From: an uncultured Pseudomonadota bacterium
GTDB taxonomy: Bacteria; Pseudomonadota; Gammaproteobacteria; Ga0077536
Direction: 5' to 3'
Length of the DNA stretch: 64,000 bases
Assembly: GCA_903825645.1 (NCBI GenBank)
Contig: CAIKBL010000042.1
Location: forward strand, 117,289-181,288
The notes below the pieces were generated by a model. The model was given only the letters and a program-made list of their open reading frames with translations, made no database searches and had not been told where the DNA came from. Below, one piece after another: positions 30,092 through 40,309 of this stretch. Positions within the stretch are counted from its first letter, which is position 1. Each line of letters starts with the position of its first letter. Both the position numbers and the translations under genes were made by a program.

Positions 30092-31535
30092 TTAGTAGCG
30101 GTAGGTGTCGGGCTTATACGGGCCCGTTTTGTTGACCCGGATGTAGGCCGCCTGCTCGTCCGTCAGTTCACTCAGCATGGCGCCGACCTTCTGCAAGTGC
30201 AGACGGGCGACTTTCTCATCCAAGTGCTTCGGCAACACATACACCTGACCCGAGGCGTAGGATTCCGGCCGGGTATAAAGTTCGATCTGCGCAATCGTCT
30301 GATTCGCAAAACTCGAAGACATCACGAAACTCGGATGACCGGTCGCGCAGCCGAGATTCACCAACCGGCCCTTGGCCAGCAGGATGATCTTCTTCGCCGG
30401 CATCCCGTCCATGGCCGGGAAGCGGATGTGATCGACCTGCGGCTTGATCTCGTCCCATTCGTATTTCTCGATTGAGGCGATATCAATCTCGTTGTCGAAA
30501 TGACCGATGTTGCAGACGATCGCCTCATCCTTCATCGCCACCATGTGCGTGTGCGTAATGACCCGCTTGTTGCCCGTCGCCGTGACGAAAATATCCGCCT
30601 TGTCGGCGGCATATTCCATCGTCACCACCTTGTAGCCTTCCATCGCGGCCTGCAGGGCATTGATGGGATCAATCTCGGTCACCCACACCTGCGCACTCAG
30701 GGCGCGCAGTGCTTGGGCAGAGCCCTTGCCCACGTCTCCGTAGCCGGCGACCACCGCGACCTTGCCGGCGATCATCACATCGGTCGCCCGCTTGATGGAA
30801 TCGACGAGTGATTCGCGGCAGCCGTAGAGGTTGTCAAACTTGCTCTTGGTAACGCTGTCATTGACGTTAATGGCGCGGAACAACAGTGTGCCCGCCGCGC
30901 TCATTTCCTTCAGGCGATGGACCCCGGTCGTGGTCTCTTCGGTCACGCCGATGATCGCGGCGGCCTTGCGCGAATACCAGGTCGGATCCACCGCAAGTTT
31001 GGCTTTGATGGCGGCAAACAGACAGGTTTCTTCCTCGCTGGTCGGATTTTCAAGCACCGACGGATCCCCTTCGGCCTTCTTGCCAAGATGCATCAATAGA
31101 GTTGCATCCCCGCCATCATCCAGAATCATGTTCGGCCCTTCCGTCGCCGTCCCCTTGGCGCCGAAGTCAAAAATGCGATGGGTGTACTCCCAATAATCGG
31201 TCAGCGTCTCGCCTTTGTAGGCGAAAATCGGGGTGCCTTCGGCCACCAGTGCGGCGGCCGCATGGTCCTGGGTCGAGAAAATATTGCAGGAGGCCCAGCG
31301 CACCGAAGCGCCGAGTGCTTCCAGAGTCTCAATGAGTACCGCCGTCTGGATGGTCATGTGAATACTGCCGGCGATGCGCGCGCCTTTCAGCGGCTGGGTG
31401 GCGGCGAATTCATGGCGAATGGCCATCAGCCCCGGCATCTCGGTCTCAGCGATTTTGATTTCTTTTCGACCCCATACGGCGAGCGCGAGATCGGCCACTG
31501 CGTGATCGGGTTGCGTTTTCAGATTAGCGTTCATG
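30092..31535 (-). CDS. ahcY: adenosylhomocysteinase (S-adenosyl-L-homocysteine hydrolase)
   Basis: 481 aa from [10 protein letters not shown]. Highly conserved SAHH sequence and NAD-binding region. Upstream part of the six-frame ORF covers the riboswitch and is not coding. Confidence 0.95.
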
Positions 31536-31584
31536 TCAGGCTCCAGTGTTGAACGGAAACCCGCACGGCCGGCAGAGGAGTCGA

Positions 31585-31630
31585 CAAAAAAATCACAGGA
31601 CTCACCCACGAGGACTCGTACGGGTGAGCG
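31585..31630 (-). terminator. riboswitch expression platform: hairpin CUCACCC...GGGUGAG plus U-run (alternative terminator)
   Basis: Minus-strand RNA CUCACCCGUACGAGUCCUCGUGGGUGAG followed by UCCUGUGAUUUUUUU. Its 5' arm overlaps the 3' half of the riboswitch P1 stem. Confidence 0.45.
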
Positions 31631-31695
31631 CGGTTGCTGCAGATCTCCGAGCCTAGGGCACTGGCGTGCCTTGCAACGCTCCTCGGAGGTGGCGC
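31620..31695 (-). ncRNA. SAH riboswitch (S-adenosylhomocysteine-sensing leader of ahcY)
   Basis: Minus-strand RNA CCGAGGAGCGUUGCAAGGCACGCCAGUGCCCUAGGCUCGGAGAUCUGCAGCAACCGCGCUCAC matches the SAH-element consensus (CCGAGGAGCG ... GGCUCGGA ... CAACGGCGCUCAC). Confidence 0.8.
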
Positions 31696-31776
31696 GATTG
31701 TAAGCGGAGCAGCCCGCGGCTGCCAAGTGGATCGCGGGGCACCTGCGCACCACCGATATGCACGAGCGCGCACTCG

Positions 31777-32567
31777 ATGTCACCGCAAGAAACCGCAGAC
31801 GCGCCGGGTCCGGCTAGCGTGGGGGACTTGTTTCGTCTGACCGGAGGATCCCCTGGACACTCACCTCATCCCGCAAATCGAGACCTATGATTGGGCCGCG
31901 TGCGTCGAGACACTCGAGGCCCGAGGTTCCGCGCTGCTGCCGGGGCTACTTGACCCGCTGACGTGCACCATACTGGCCGGGCGTTATGCCGAGGATCCGT
32001 TGTTCCGCAGCCGCGTCATCAGGGCCCGCCATGGCTACGGACGGGGCGAGTACCGTTATTTCGGCTACCCGCTGCCGTCGCCGGTCGCGACGCTCCGCAG
32101 CGCGCTGTATCCACACCTCGTGGCGATCGCAAACCGCTGGCAGGTCGCGCTCGGTCGCGAACCGGCATTTCCGCCCACACACGCCGCGTTCATCGAACGC
32201 TGCCACGCCGCCGGGCAACAGCGCCCGACACCCTTACTGCTGCAATACGGGTCCGAGGACTACAATTGCCTGCACCAAGATCTCTACGGCGCGCAGGTTT
32301 TTCCCCTGCAAGTGGCTATTCTGCTCTCCACGCCTGGCGCGGACTTCGCCGGCGGCGAATTCGTGCTGACCGAGCAGCGTCCGCGCCAGCAATCACGGGT
32401 GGAAGTCGTGTGGCTCAACCAGGGCGATGCCGTTGTGTTCGCCGTCCATGAGCGGCCCGTACAGGGCAGCCGTGGCACCTATCGGGTCAATATGCGACAT
32501 GGCGTAAGCCGCATTCAGCGGCGGACAACGCCACACCCTCGGCGTCATTTTCCACGACGCCACTTGA
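31777..32567 (+). pseudogene. Fe(II)/2-oxoglutarate-dependent oxygenase (prolyl-4-hydroxylase-like), apparently frame-disrupted at both ends
   Basis: Core ORF (track 32000..32917) carries HxD (CLHQDLYG) and distal His (NMRHGVS). Conserved-looking N-terminal 50 aa lie upstream of the first ATG/GTG/TTG after an in-frame TGA at about 31838. The +1 frame after about 32513 gives SGGQRHTLGVIFHDAT-stop (DSBH R-x-T-L..F motif) ending at about 32567. Confidence 0.5.
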
Positions 32568-32575
32568 CGCGGCCC

Positions 32576-34369
32576 TCAGTCGTGCGTGCGCGCGAACACG
32601 GCGAGGAACGCCTCCCCATAACGCTCGAATTTGGTCTGGCCAACCCCACTGACCTGCAGCATATCCAGTGCGCTCACCGGGCGCAGTACCGCCATTTCGA
32701 GCAGCGTCCGGTCATGGAAAATGACGTAGGGCGGGACCCCCTGTGCATCCGCCAGCCGTTTGCGACAGGCGCGGAGCCGCTCCCACAGCGCTACATCGGC
32801 ATCGGCCACGACATCGTTGCGGCGTTTCCGCGGCGGGCGGGCTTCGACAATGTCTTCCCGCAGCATCACGGCTTCCTCGCCACGCAGAATGGGTCGAGCA
32901 TCCTGCGCAAGGCGTAACGCGCCAAAACGCTCCACGTCGGCGAAAACGGCCCCGCGCACCATCAGTTGCCGCAACACCGAGCGCCAGTGATCGGCCGAAT
33001 CCTGCGCCCCTATCCCAAAGGTACTCAAGGTTTCGTGCCCGTGCTGGCGGGTTTTGTCGCTCCCAATCCCCCGCAAGACATCAATCACATGCGCGGCGCC
33101 AAAACGCTGGCCGGTGCGGTAGATGCAGGACAACAGCTTTTGCGCCGCCTCACTCGCATCCCACGTTTTCGGCGGTTCCAGACAGTTGTCGCAGTTCCCG
33201 CAAACCAGCGCGGGCGTCTCCCCGAAATAGGCCAACAGCGGTCGGCGCCGGCATTCGCTCGTCTCGCACCAGGCGAGCAAGGCATCGAGTTTGTGTCGCT
33301 CGATGCGTTTGTGCTCTTCGTCCGCCGCCGATTCGTCCACCATCTGCCGCAAGCGGACAACGTCCTGCAGCCCGTAGATCATCCAGGCATCCGCCGGCGC
33401 GCCATCCCGCCCGGCACGCCCCGTCTCCTGATAGTAGGCTTCCACACTTTTCGGCAAATCGAGATGGGCGACAAAACGCACGTCGGGTTTATCGATCCCC
33501 ATGCCGAAGGCGATGGTCGCGACCATGATGACGGCGTCCTCCCGGAGGAAGCGCTCCTGATGCCGCGCGCGCGTACGCGCGTCGAGGCCGGCGTGGTAGG
33601 GCAAGGCCGCGTAGCCTTCACCGGCGAGCCAGGCGGCCGTCTCATCGACTTTCCGGCGCGACATACAATAAACAATGCCCGCCGCCCCGGTCTGGGTGCC
33701 CAGAAACTGCGTGAGCTGGTGGCGCGCCTGCCCACGGGCGCGGACCGTGTAGCGGATGTTGGGACGGTCGAAACCGTCGACAAAACACGCCGGATCATCC
33801 AGCGCCAGTCGAGCCGCAATATCCACGCGCGTGCGGGCATCAGCGGTCGCTGTGAGGGCCATACGGGGGACACCCGGGAAATGGCTGCGCAATTGTCCGA
33901 GTTCGAGATAGTCCTGCCGAAAATCGTGCCCCCATTGCGACACGCAGTGGGCTTCGTCGACGGCGATGAGGATGGGCTGGGCCCGTACCAGCTCGGCAAG
34001 CGTCTTGGCCTGCAGAATGCGCTCGGGAGCGACGTAAAGCACGCGTAGGCTACCGGCCGCGAGTTGTGACCGCACAGCCGCCTGCTCGGCGCCACTCAGG
34101 CTCGAATTGAGACAGGCGGCCGCGACGCCCAGCTCCCGCAGCGCCATGACCTGGTCGTGCATCAACGCAATGAGCGGCGAGATGACGATGACCAGCCGTT
34201 GCGCCACCAGCGCCGGGATTTGGTAGCACAGGGACTTGCCCCCCCCTGTCGGCATCAGCACCACGCTGTCCCGACCGGCCATGGCTGTCGCAATCGCCGC
34301 TGCCTGCTGGCCGCGGAAGGCATCGTAACCATAGACCTGTTTGAGCACGGCGAGGGTGGGTGTGGACAT
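32576..34369 (-). CDS. recQ: ATP-dependent DNA helicase RecQ
   Basis: 598 aa from [11 protein letters not shown]. Walker A ([10 protein letters not shown]), DEAH ([15 protein letters not shown]), Zn-binding Cys cluster (CGNCDNC), RQC and HRDC regions. Confidence 0.95.
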   Translation of the reverse strand: MSTPTLAVLKQVYGYDAFRGQQAAAIATAMAGRDSVVLMPTGGGKSLCYQIPALVAQRLVIVISPLIALMHDQVMALRELGVAAACLNSSLSGAEQAAVRSQLAAGSLRVLYVAPERILQAKTLAELVRAQPILIAVDEAHCVSQWGHDFRQDYLELGQLRSHFPGVPRMALTATADARTRVDIAARLALDDPACFVDGFDRPNIRYTVRARGQARHQLTQFLGTQTGAAGIVYCMSRRKVDETAAWLAGEGYAALPYHAGLDARTRARHQERFLREDAVIMVATIAFGMGIDKPDVRFVAHLDLPKSVEAYYQETGRAGRDGAPADAWMIYGLQDVVRLRQMVDESAADEEHKRIERHKLDALLAWCETSECRRRPLLAYFGETPALVCGNCDNCLEPPKTWDASEAAQKLLSCIYRTGQRFGAAHVIDVLRGIGSDKTRQHGHETLSTFGIGAQDSADHWRSVLRQLMVRGAVFADVERFGALRLAQDARPILRGEEAVMLREDIVEARPPRKRRNDVVADADVALWERLRACRKRLADAQGVPPYVIFHDRTLLEMAVLRPVSALDMLQVSGVGQTKFERYGEAFLAVFARTHD

Positions 34370-34582
34370 GGATCCTGATTGGCGGCGGACGGCATCCGCG
34401 GGACGCGACATTATAGCCGTTCGCGTGACCCAACCGCGCAACACATCCGACAGCGGCTTCCCGGACCGGTGAGGGATGGTTATTCTTGTCGGCACCGCCA
34501 GGCGCCCTGTCGCCTAGGCACCCCACGGCGACGCCCGTCGCCCGCAACGCCCGCCAACCCCTAACCCATAAGGATCACTTCG

Positions 34583-35254
34583 ATGGGACAACGACAACTG
34601 ACCGCGTCCGATGGTTTCACCTTCGGCGCCTATGAAGCGCTACCAGCCGGCAAACCCAAAGGGGCCGTGCTCGTGATTCAGGAAATCTTCGGCGTCAATG
34701 CACACGTCCGGGCCGTTGCCGACGGCTATGCGCAAGCCGGTTACGTCGCCCTCGCGCCGCAGATCTTCGATCGCGCAGAGGCGAATGTCGAACTCGGTTA
34801 CACCGATCAGGACGAGTTCCAGAAAGGGATCAAACTGGCCTTCCAAGATCTCAAAATGCCACAGACCCTGCTGGATCTGCAGGCCGGCATTGATGCCCTG
34901 GCCGGATACGGCAAGGTGGGCGTCGTCGGCTATTGTTTCGGCGGGCTGCTGACTTGGCTGTCGGCCTGTGAGTTAAAAGGCGTCGTGGCCGCGTCGGCCT
35001 ATTACGGCGGCGGCATAGCCAAGGAAGCCACCCGCGCCCCGAAATGTCCGGTCATGATGCACTTCGGCGAGCGCGACGCCCACATCCCGCTGACAGACGT
35101 CGAGACGATCCGCGCGGCCCAGCCGGGGGTTCAGATTTTCGTTTATGCCGCCGACCATGGGTTCAATTGTGATGCCCGTGGCAGCTATGACGCCCCAAGT
35201 GCCAAGCTGGCCCTTGAACGCACCCTGGCGTTCTTCGGTCAGCACCTCGGCTAG
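34583..35254 (+). CDS. dienelactone hydrolase family protein
   Basis: 223 aa. Nucleophile elbow GYCFGG and a DLH-like alpha/beta fold. Confidence 0.8.
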   Translation: MGQRQLTASDGFTFGAYEALPAGKPKGAVLVIQEIFGVNAHVRAVADGYAQAGYVALAPQIFDRAEANVELGYTDQDEFQKGIKLAFQDLKMPQTLLDLQAGIDALAGYGKVGVVGYCFGGLLTWLSACELKGVVAASAYYGGGIAKEATRAPKCPVMMHFGERDAHIPLTDVETIRAAQPGVQIFVYAADHGFNCDARGSYDAPSAKLALERTLAFFGQHLG

Positions 35255-35296
35255 GCGCACGTGTGCGAAGGCGGACTGACGCCCGCCTTCGCCCCG

Positions 35297-36016
35297 TTAG
35301 TCTCGACCGGCCTCGAGGATAGCCTGCGCCAAGCGGGTCGGATTGGTGAAACACAACTCATGGCTGCCGGGCGTCTGGACGAGTCGGAACAAGCCGAGCT
35401 TTTGCGATAACCGCGGATGCCACGGGAATGCATGTGGCATCGAGGTATCTTCGGTCGCGTTGATATAGGACTTCCCGCACGTAAAATCCGCGGGACTCCG
35501 GGTCAGCTGGATGGCATCCGTAAAGGTCTTCCAGGGGTGCCGGTTCAGTTGCGCATGGGCGGCTTGGGCCTGTTCGAGCGAGGCGTCGTTCATGAAAGCC
35601 TCACGCCACACCGGGAACGGAATCATCATCCCGCCGTCCGGCGCGACCAGAGACTGGAACATCTGCACGTAATGCGGAGGCACTAAATCGTTCAGGGATT
35701 CCCCGTGGTGGGGTACAAACGCATTCCAGTAGACCAGTCGGCGAATGCGCGCAGGCACCCGATCGGCTACCCCGGTAATCACCATTCCCGCGTAGCTGTG
35801 TCCGACCAAGACAATATCCTGCAAATCATCCGCTTCCAAAATCTGGACCAGCGAGTCAATGGCGGCTGACAACCCCACTGTGCGGGAATCGCCCGGCCGA
35901 TTCCCCGCGAGCGTCGGCAAGTGAACCGTATGGCCGGCCACACGCAGTGGCGCGGCCGTCGCCTCGAGCTGCGCGCCGGTATGCCAGGCTCCGTGCACGA
36001 ACACAAAGGTACTCAT
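35297..36016 (-). CDS. alpha/beta hydrolase (methylesterase/SABP2-like)
   Basis: 239 aa. FVFVHGAWH start and GHSYAG nucleophile elbow. Confidence 0.75.
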   Translation of the reverse strand: MSTFVFVHGAWHTGAQLEATAAPLRVAGHTVHLPTLAGNRPGDSRTVGLSAAIDSLVQILEADDLQDIVLVGHSYAGMVITGVADRVPARIRRLVYWNAFVPHHGESLNDLVPPHYVQMFQSLVAPDGGMMIPFPVWREAFMNDASLEQAQAAHAQLNRHPWKTFTDAIQLTRSPADFTCGKSYINATEDTSMPHAFPWHPRLSQKLGLFRLVQTPGSHELCFTNPTRLAQAILEAGRD

Positions 36017-36171
36017 CTAATTCTCCTCTTCAGCGGCGGCCCTCAGGGGGCGCTTTGCGGGAGCGGATTATAGGCATAACCGAGCACCAAGTCCTTTTGT
36101 GCTAAGGTCTCGCGCGCGGCACGGGCACACCTGCGCCGTCTCCACTCTTACCCCCCAACGGGAGAACGACT

Positions 36172-37179
36172 ATGACTGACATGAATCGAGTATGGCGCCT
36201 GCGTAAGCGACCGGTTGGCGTCATTGGTGACGATATCTTGAGCTTCGATAAAGAAGCGATGCCGGTGCCGGCAGACGGCCAATTTCTGTTTCGCCTCAAC
36301 TATCTCTCTCTCGATCCGACCAATCGGGTCTGGATGAGCGATATGGATCAGTACATGCCTCCGGTTGCCATCGGGGAAGCCATGCGTGGCGTGGTGTGTG
36401 GGACCGTCGTCAGCTCAAAACATCCCGACTTTGCGGCTGGGGATGTCGTCAGCGGGCTGGGCAGCTGGTCCGAATATCAACTGGGCAGCCCGCCCTTTTT
36501 GAATAAGCTGGGTCCGCTCGGCGGTGCTGCCGTGGCGGATGCGTTTGGTTTGTTTGCGGTGGTCGGTCCGACCGCATATTTCGGGCTTATCGATCTCGGG
36601 CAACCTAAAGCCGGCGAAACCGTCGTGGTCTCTGCCGCGGCGGGCGCGGTGGGCTCCATCGTCGGCCAAATCGCGAAGCTCAAGGGCTGCCGTGCGGTGG
36701 GTCTGGCCGGCAGTGCCGAAAAATGTGCCTGGCTCGTCAATGATCTCGGGTTCGATGCGGCCATCAACTATAAGACGGAAGACGTCAGCGCCGCGCTCAA
36801 GCGCGCCTGCCCCAAAGGCATCGATATCTATTTTGACAATGTCGGCGGTGACATCCTCGACGCGTGCCTGAAGCAGATGAATTACAAAGGACGGATCCCA
36901 ACCTGTGGGCTCATCTCGCAGTACAACGCGACCGACGAGGTCCCAGGTCCTAAAAACTACCCGATGATCCTCATGCAACGCCTGAAGGTGGAAGGATTCA
37001 TCGTGCTCGACTACGCGAACCGGTACCCGGAAGCGGTGGGGGCCCTGGGGGAATGGCTGGCGAAAGGCCAGATCAAATTCCGATTGGATATGCAGGAAGG
37101 CCTCGAGAACGCCGTGACGACGCTGCGCAAGCTCTACACGGGCGAGAATCAGGGCAAGCTGATGTTGCATGTGAGCTAG
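36172..37179 (+). CDS. NADP-dependent oxidoreductase, MDR superfamily (paralogue of 24448..25461)
   Basis: 335 aa. Same domain layout and many colinear blocks with the 24448 gene (AAGAVGSIVGQIAK). Confidence 0.85.
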   Translation: MTDMNRVWRLRKRPVGVIGDDILSFDKEAMPVPADGQFLFRLNYLSLDPTNRVWMSDMDQYMPPVAIGEAMRGVVCGTVVSSKHPDFAAGDVVSGLGSWSEYQLGSPPFLNKLGPLGGAAVADAFGLFAVVGPTAYFGLIDLGQPKAGETVVVSAAAGAVGSIVGQIAKLKGCRAVGLAGSAEKCAWLVNDLGFDAAINYKTEDVSAALKRACPKGIDIYFDNVGGDILDACLKQMNYKGRIPTCGLISQYNATDEVPGPKNYPMILMQRLKVEGFIVLDYANRYPEAVGALGEWLAKGQIKFRLDMQEGLENAVTTLRKLYTGENQGKLMLHVS

Positions 37180-37195
37180 CCTAAACAGGCTCTTC

Positions 37196-37233
37196 GGGGG
37201 CTTCCTTTGGGTATCCACGCGAAGGAAGCCCCC
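37196..37233 (+). terminator. 12-bp perfect stem hairpin GGGGGCTTCCTT-loop-AAGGAAGCCCCC
   Basis: 17 nt after the MDR-reductase stop. No clear U-run, so it may be a Rho-dependent or RNA-stability element. Confidence 0.4.
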
Positions 37234-37325
37234 GGATCTGGCGACTATGGCGTGACCGGCACGAGCGCCGCAAAACGCGGTAGCTGTCGAGCGCACGATA
37301 AAGATGAGCTAATGGTGCTTGCTAC

Positions 37326-37679
37326 ATGTTTTACCGATTTTTGATCGTGGGCTCCACCGGTTTTTTGATCGACTCAAGTGTCACCCTGCTGTTGATTTCT
37401 TTCGGGTGCAAGCCGCTTATCGCCCGAGTTCCTGCCCTTGCCTTATCGATGGCGATGACGTGGCTCATGAATCGTTTCTACACCTTCAAAGTCGGCGCAT
37501 ACAGGACTGGGGAGGTGACCAAATATGTGTTGGTGAGTATTTCCATTGCCTGCCTTAACTACGTGCTCTACGCGATGTTGGTCGCGCGCGGGGTAGCACC
37601 CTTTTTTGCCGTGGCCTTGGCCACCGCCACCCAAGCCGGCATTGCATTCGTAGCCTACCGCAACATCGTATTCAAATAA
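37326..37679 (+). CDS. GtrA-family membrane protein
   Basis: 117 aa. Four predicted TM helices. GtrA-like FLIVGSTGFLIDSSV start. Confidence 0.65.
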   Translation: MFYRFLIVGSTGFLIDSSVTLLLISFGCKPLIARVPALALSMAMTWLMNRFYTFKVGAYRTGEVTKYVLVSISIACLNYVLYAMLVARGVAPFFAVALATATQAGIAFVAYRNIVFK

Positions 37680-37870
37680 GTCAGATGAGTGCGGTAATCG
37701 TCTCAATATTTTTCGCAAACAAAGGGACTGTCTTCGTCGTTGCCTTATTTATAGGCATCGATCCTTGGTTCGCGACACGCCAGCAGCACTCTTTAAAAAA
37801 GTTCACCTAGTTCGCTTGATCAAACACTTCGCGATCTGCGGAACCCCGTGTGCGGTGCCTTCCGCTATCG

Positions 37871-37897
37871 CACAAAAAAGCCGCCCGAAGGCGGCTT
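37871..37897 (-). terminator. Rho-independent terminator of the RRM-protein gene
   Basis: Minus-strand RNA AAGCCGCC-UUCG-GGCGGCUU followed by UUUUUUG. Confidence 0.75.
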
Positions 37898-37955
37898 AAT
37901 TGATGATTCGTCTTGCGACGAATCACATATCGAGCGCGAACGCTCGATACAATCC

Positions 37956-38231
37956 TCAGTAAGAGTTGCGGCGCGGTGCGCTGTTCGTCTCGCGGGGACG
38001 TGCTTCGTTCACGCGCATATTGCGCCCCTTCAAAGGCTGCTCGTTCAGCGCCTTGATGGCCGCTTCGCCCTGCTGCTTGTTCGGCATTTCGACAAAGCCG
38101 AAGCCTTTCGACTCACCCGAAATCTTGTCCATGATGATCGTCGCGCTGCTGACTTCGCCGGAGGCCGCAAAGGCATCACGCAAATCACCATCAGTCACGC
38201 CGTAGGCCAGATTTCCAACATATATATTCAT
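37956..38231 (-). CDS. RNA-binding protein with a single RRM domain
   Basis: 91 aa. RNP2 IYVGNL and RNP1 KGFGFVEM motifs. Confidence 0.9.
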   Translation of the reverse strand: MNIYVGNLAYGVTDGDLRDAFAASGEVSSATIIMDKISGESKGFGFVEMPNKQQGEAAIKALNEQPLKGRNMRVNEARPRETNSAPRRNSY

Positions 38232-38516
38232 TCATATCTCGCAAATTAAAACGTGCGTTGTCCACAATCGCGATCCCGGCAGCCAGCGTCACAAGTAATG
38301 CAGGAATCGATTTGCCGGAAGCCGGCGAATGCTTTGAGGGCCCAGTCAGAGTTGTCGTGAAAATTTGGAAATGGGGCGGCTCGGTGAAGGGTTTGACGGT
38401 GCGGGACCTGAACGTACGCACCTGTTGAATGTCAAGGAGCATACGCGCCATCGCCGGCAAAAGATAGGACTTTTTGCAACACCGCACTTTGGCGACATCC
38501 ACGGGGCTCGCTTATA

Positions 38517-39431
38517 GTGCAGATAGGTTTCTCAGCAGGGAGCAATCTCTTGGGTGTGCTCGCGGGTAAACGGGTGGTCATCACAGGCTCATCGCGCGGT
38601 CTCGGTCGAGCCTTTGCCGTCGAGATGGCAAAAGAAGGCGCCATGCTGGTCGTGAACGGCACCCAGGCGGACGCGCTCGCGGAGACGGTCGCGCAGATTG
38701 ACGCGAGTGGGGGTCGCGCCGTCGCCGTACTCGGCTCAGTTGCGGACGCAACACTCTGCACACGACTCGTACAAACCGCCGTCGATACGTACGGTGGTAT
38801 TGATGTCCTCAGCAATAACGCTGGCGTGGTGCGAGATCGCACCCTTTTCAAGATGACCGAGGCGGAATTCGACGAGGTGATCGCGGTCCATTTACGCGGC
38901 CCCTGGGCGTGCGGCAAGCAGGCCGCGATCGCAATGCGCGCGCAGGGCGGCGGCCATATCATCAACGTGATTTCGAACTCAGGCCTCAGCGGAGGCTTCG
39001 GGCAGAGCAATTATGCGGCCGCTAAAGCCGGCATGATGGGCCTGCAACGTACCTGGCTTCTGGAATTGTCCCGCGTTGGGATCCACTGCAATGCCTTCTG
39101 GCCGGTGGCGCAAACCGAGATGACCCAGATCATCTTCGACCGCGCAGCCCGGGACGCGAGTCTGCAAGGCGCGCCACCACCGACGCCCGTCGACATGGGC
39201 TTCGGCACCGCGGCGGAAGTGGCGCAAGGCATGATCTGGCTGGCGAGTGACGCGGCCAATCATTTCAACGGACAGTGCATCACGTTTAACGGTCGCAAGA
39301 CCGCCCTGTGGACTCATCCCGAAGAGTCCCAGATAGCCGTGCGTCCGAACGCATGGACACATGCGGCGTTAGCGGCCCACTACGCCAACATAACCCCACT
39401 GCGGCAACCTCAAGCGCGGCTCGCGGACTAA
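38517..39431 (+). CDS. SDR-family oxidoreductase
   Basis: TGSSRGLG cofactor motif and YAAAK catalytic motif. Start may be a downstream TTG/GTG. Confidence 0.8.
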   Translation: MQIGFSAGSNLLGVLAGKRVVITGSSRGLGRAFAVEMAKEGAMLVVNGTQADALAETVAQIDASGGRAVAVLGSVADATLCTRLVQTAVDTYGGIDVLSNNAGVVRDRTLFKMTEAEFDEVIAVHLRGPWACGKQAAIAMRAQGGGHIINVISNSGLSGGFGQSNYAAAKAGMMGLQRTWLLELSRVGIHCNAFWPVAQTEMTQIIFDRAARDASLQGAPPPTPVDMGFGTAAEVAQGMIWLASDAANHFNGQCITFNGRKTALWTHPEESQIAVRPNAWTHAALAAHYANITPLRQPQARLAD

Positions 39432-39459
39432 CGGTCGCGCGATCTACCCGGAGTCTTTC

Positions 39460-40212
39460 ATGCAAAACCCTCGCATCCTACTCATCACCGGCGGTAGCCG
39501 CGGCATTGGCGCCGCTACCGTGCGACGCGCCGCAGCCGCAGGTTATACGGTCCTTTTCAGTTACGTGCGTGCTGGCGCTGCCGCCGAAACGCTTTGCCAG
39601 GAGATCGCCGCGGCCGGCGGCAGTGCCTATGCGGTTCAGGCCGACATGACGGTGGAGGCCGAAATCCTACGGCTGTTCGAGACCATCGATACGCGCTACG
39701 GGCCGCTGTGCGCGCTGGTCAACAATGCGGGCATTGCCGAGCGCCAGATCCGGGTAGACGAAATGGACGCAGCCCGCCTGACGCGGGTCTTTGCCACCAA
39801 TGTCATCGGTCCGTTCCTGTGCGCACGCGAGGCGGTCAAACGGATGTCGACGCGGCACGGGGGTAACGGTGGTGCCATTGTGAATGTCTCTTCGGCCGCC
39901 GCCCGGCTCGGCTCGCCGGGGGAATATGTCGACTACGCCGCCTCCAAAGGTGCACTTGATACGTTCACGACCGGGCTCGCCAAAGAGGTCGCGACAGAGG
40001 GGATCCGCGTCAACGCGGTACGACCGGGGCTCATTTACACCGAAATCCACGCGAGCTACGGCGATCCGGGGCGAGTCGATCGTGTCCGCGTCAGTGTCCC
40101 CATGCAGCGCGGCGGCACCGCCGAGGAAGTTGCTGAGGCCATTATCTGGCTGCTCGGGGAGCAGGCGTCCTATTGTGTCGGTAATTTTATCGACGTCTCG
40201 GGCGGACGCTAA
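39460..40212 (+). CDS. SDR-family oxidoreductase
   Basis: 250 aa. TGGSRGIG motif and YAASK catalytic tetrad region. Confidence 0.85.
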   Translation: MQNPRILLITGGSRGIGAATVRRAAAAGYTVLFSYVRAGAAAETLCQEIAAAGGSAYAVQADMTVEAEILRLFETIDTRYGPLCALVNNAGIAERQIRVDEMDAARLTRVFATNVIGPFLCAREAVKRMSTRHGGNGGAIVNVSSAAARLGSPGEYVDYAASKGALDTFTTGLAKEVATEGIRVNAVRPGLIYTEIHASYGDPGRVDRVRVSVPMQRGGTAEEVAEAIIWLLGEQASYCVGNFIDVSGGR

Positions 40213-40309
40213 AGGGGATCCGCCGTCGTGCCCTATCGCCTTGAGGCCACCCTCGTCTTCGGTGAGCTTTGCGTCTACAGTCGAGCCTCGACTATCCGGA
40301 TCGGGTGCC

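Noticed and set aside
31536-31783. N-terminal 83-aa extension of the ahcY ORF ([15 protein letters not shown]...)
   Set aside because: The region encodes the SAH riboswitch and its terminator. Conserved SAHH sequence begins at [10 protein letters not shown] (31535).
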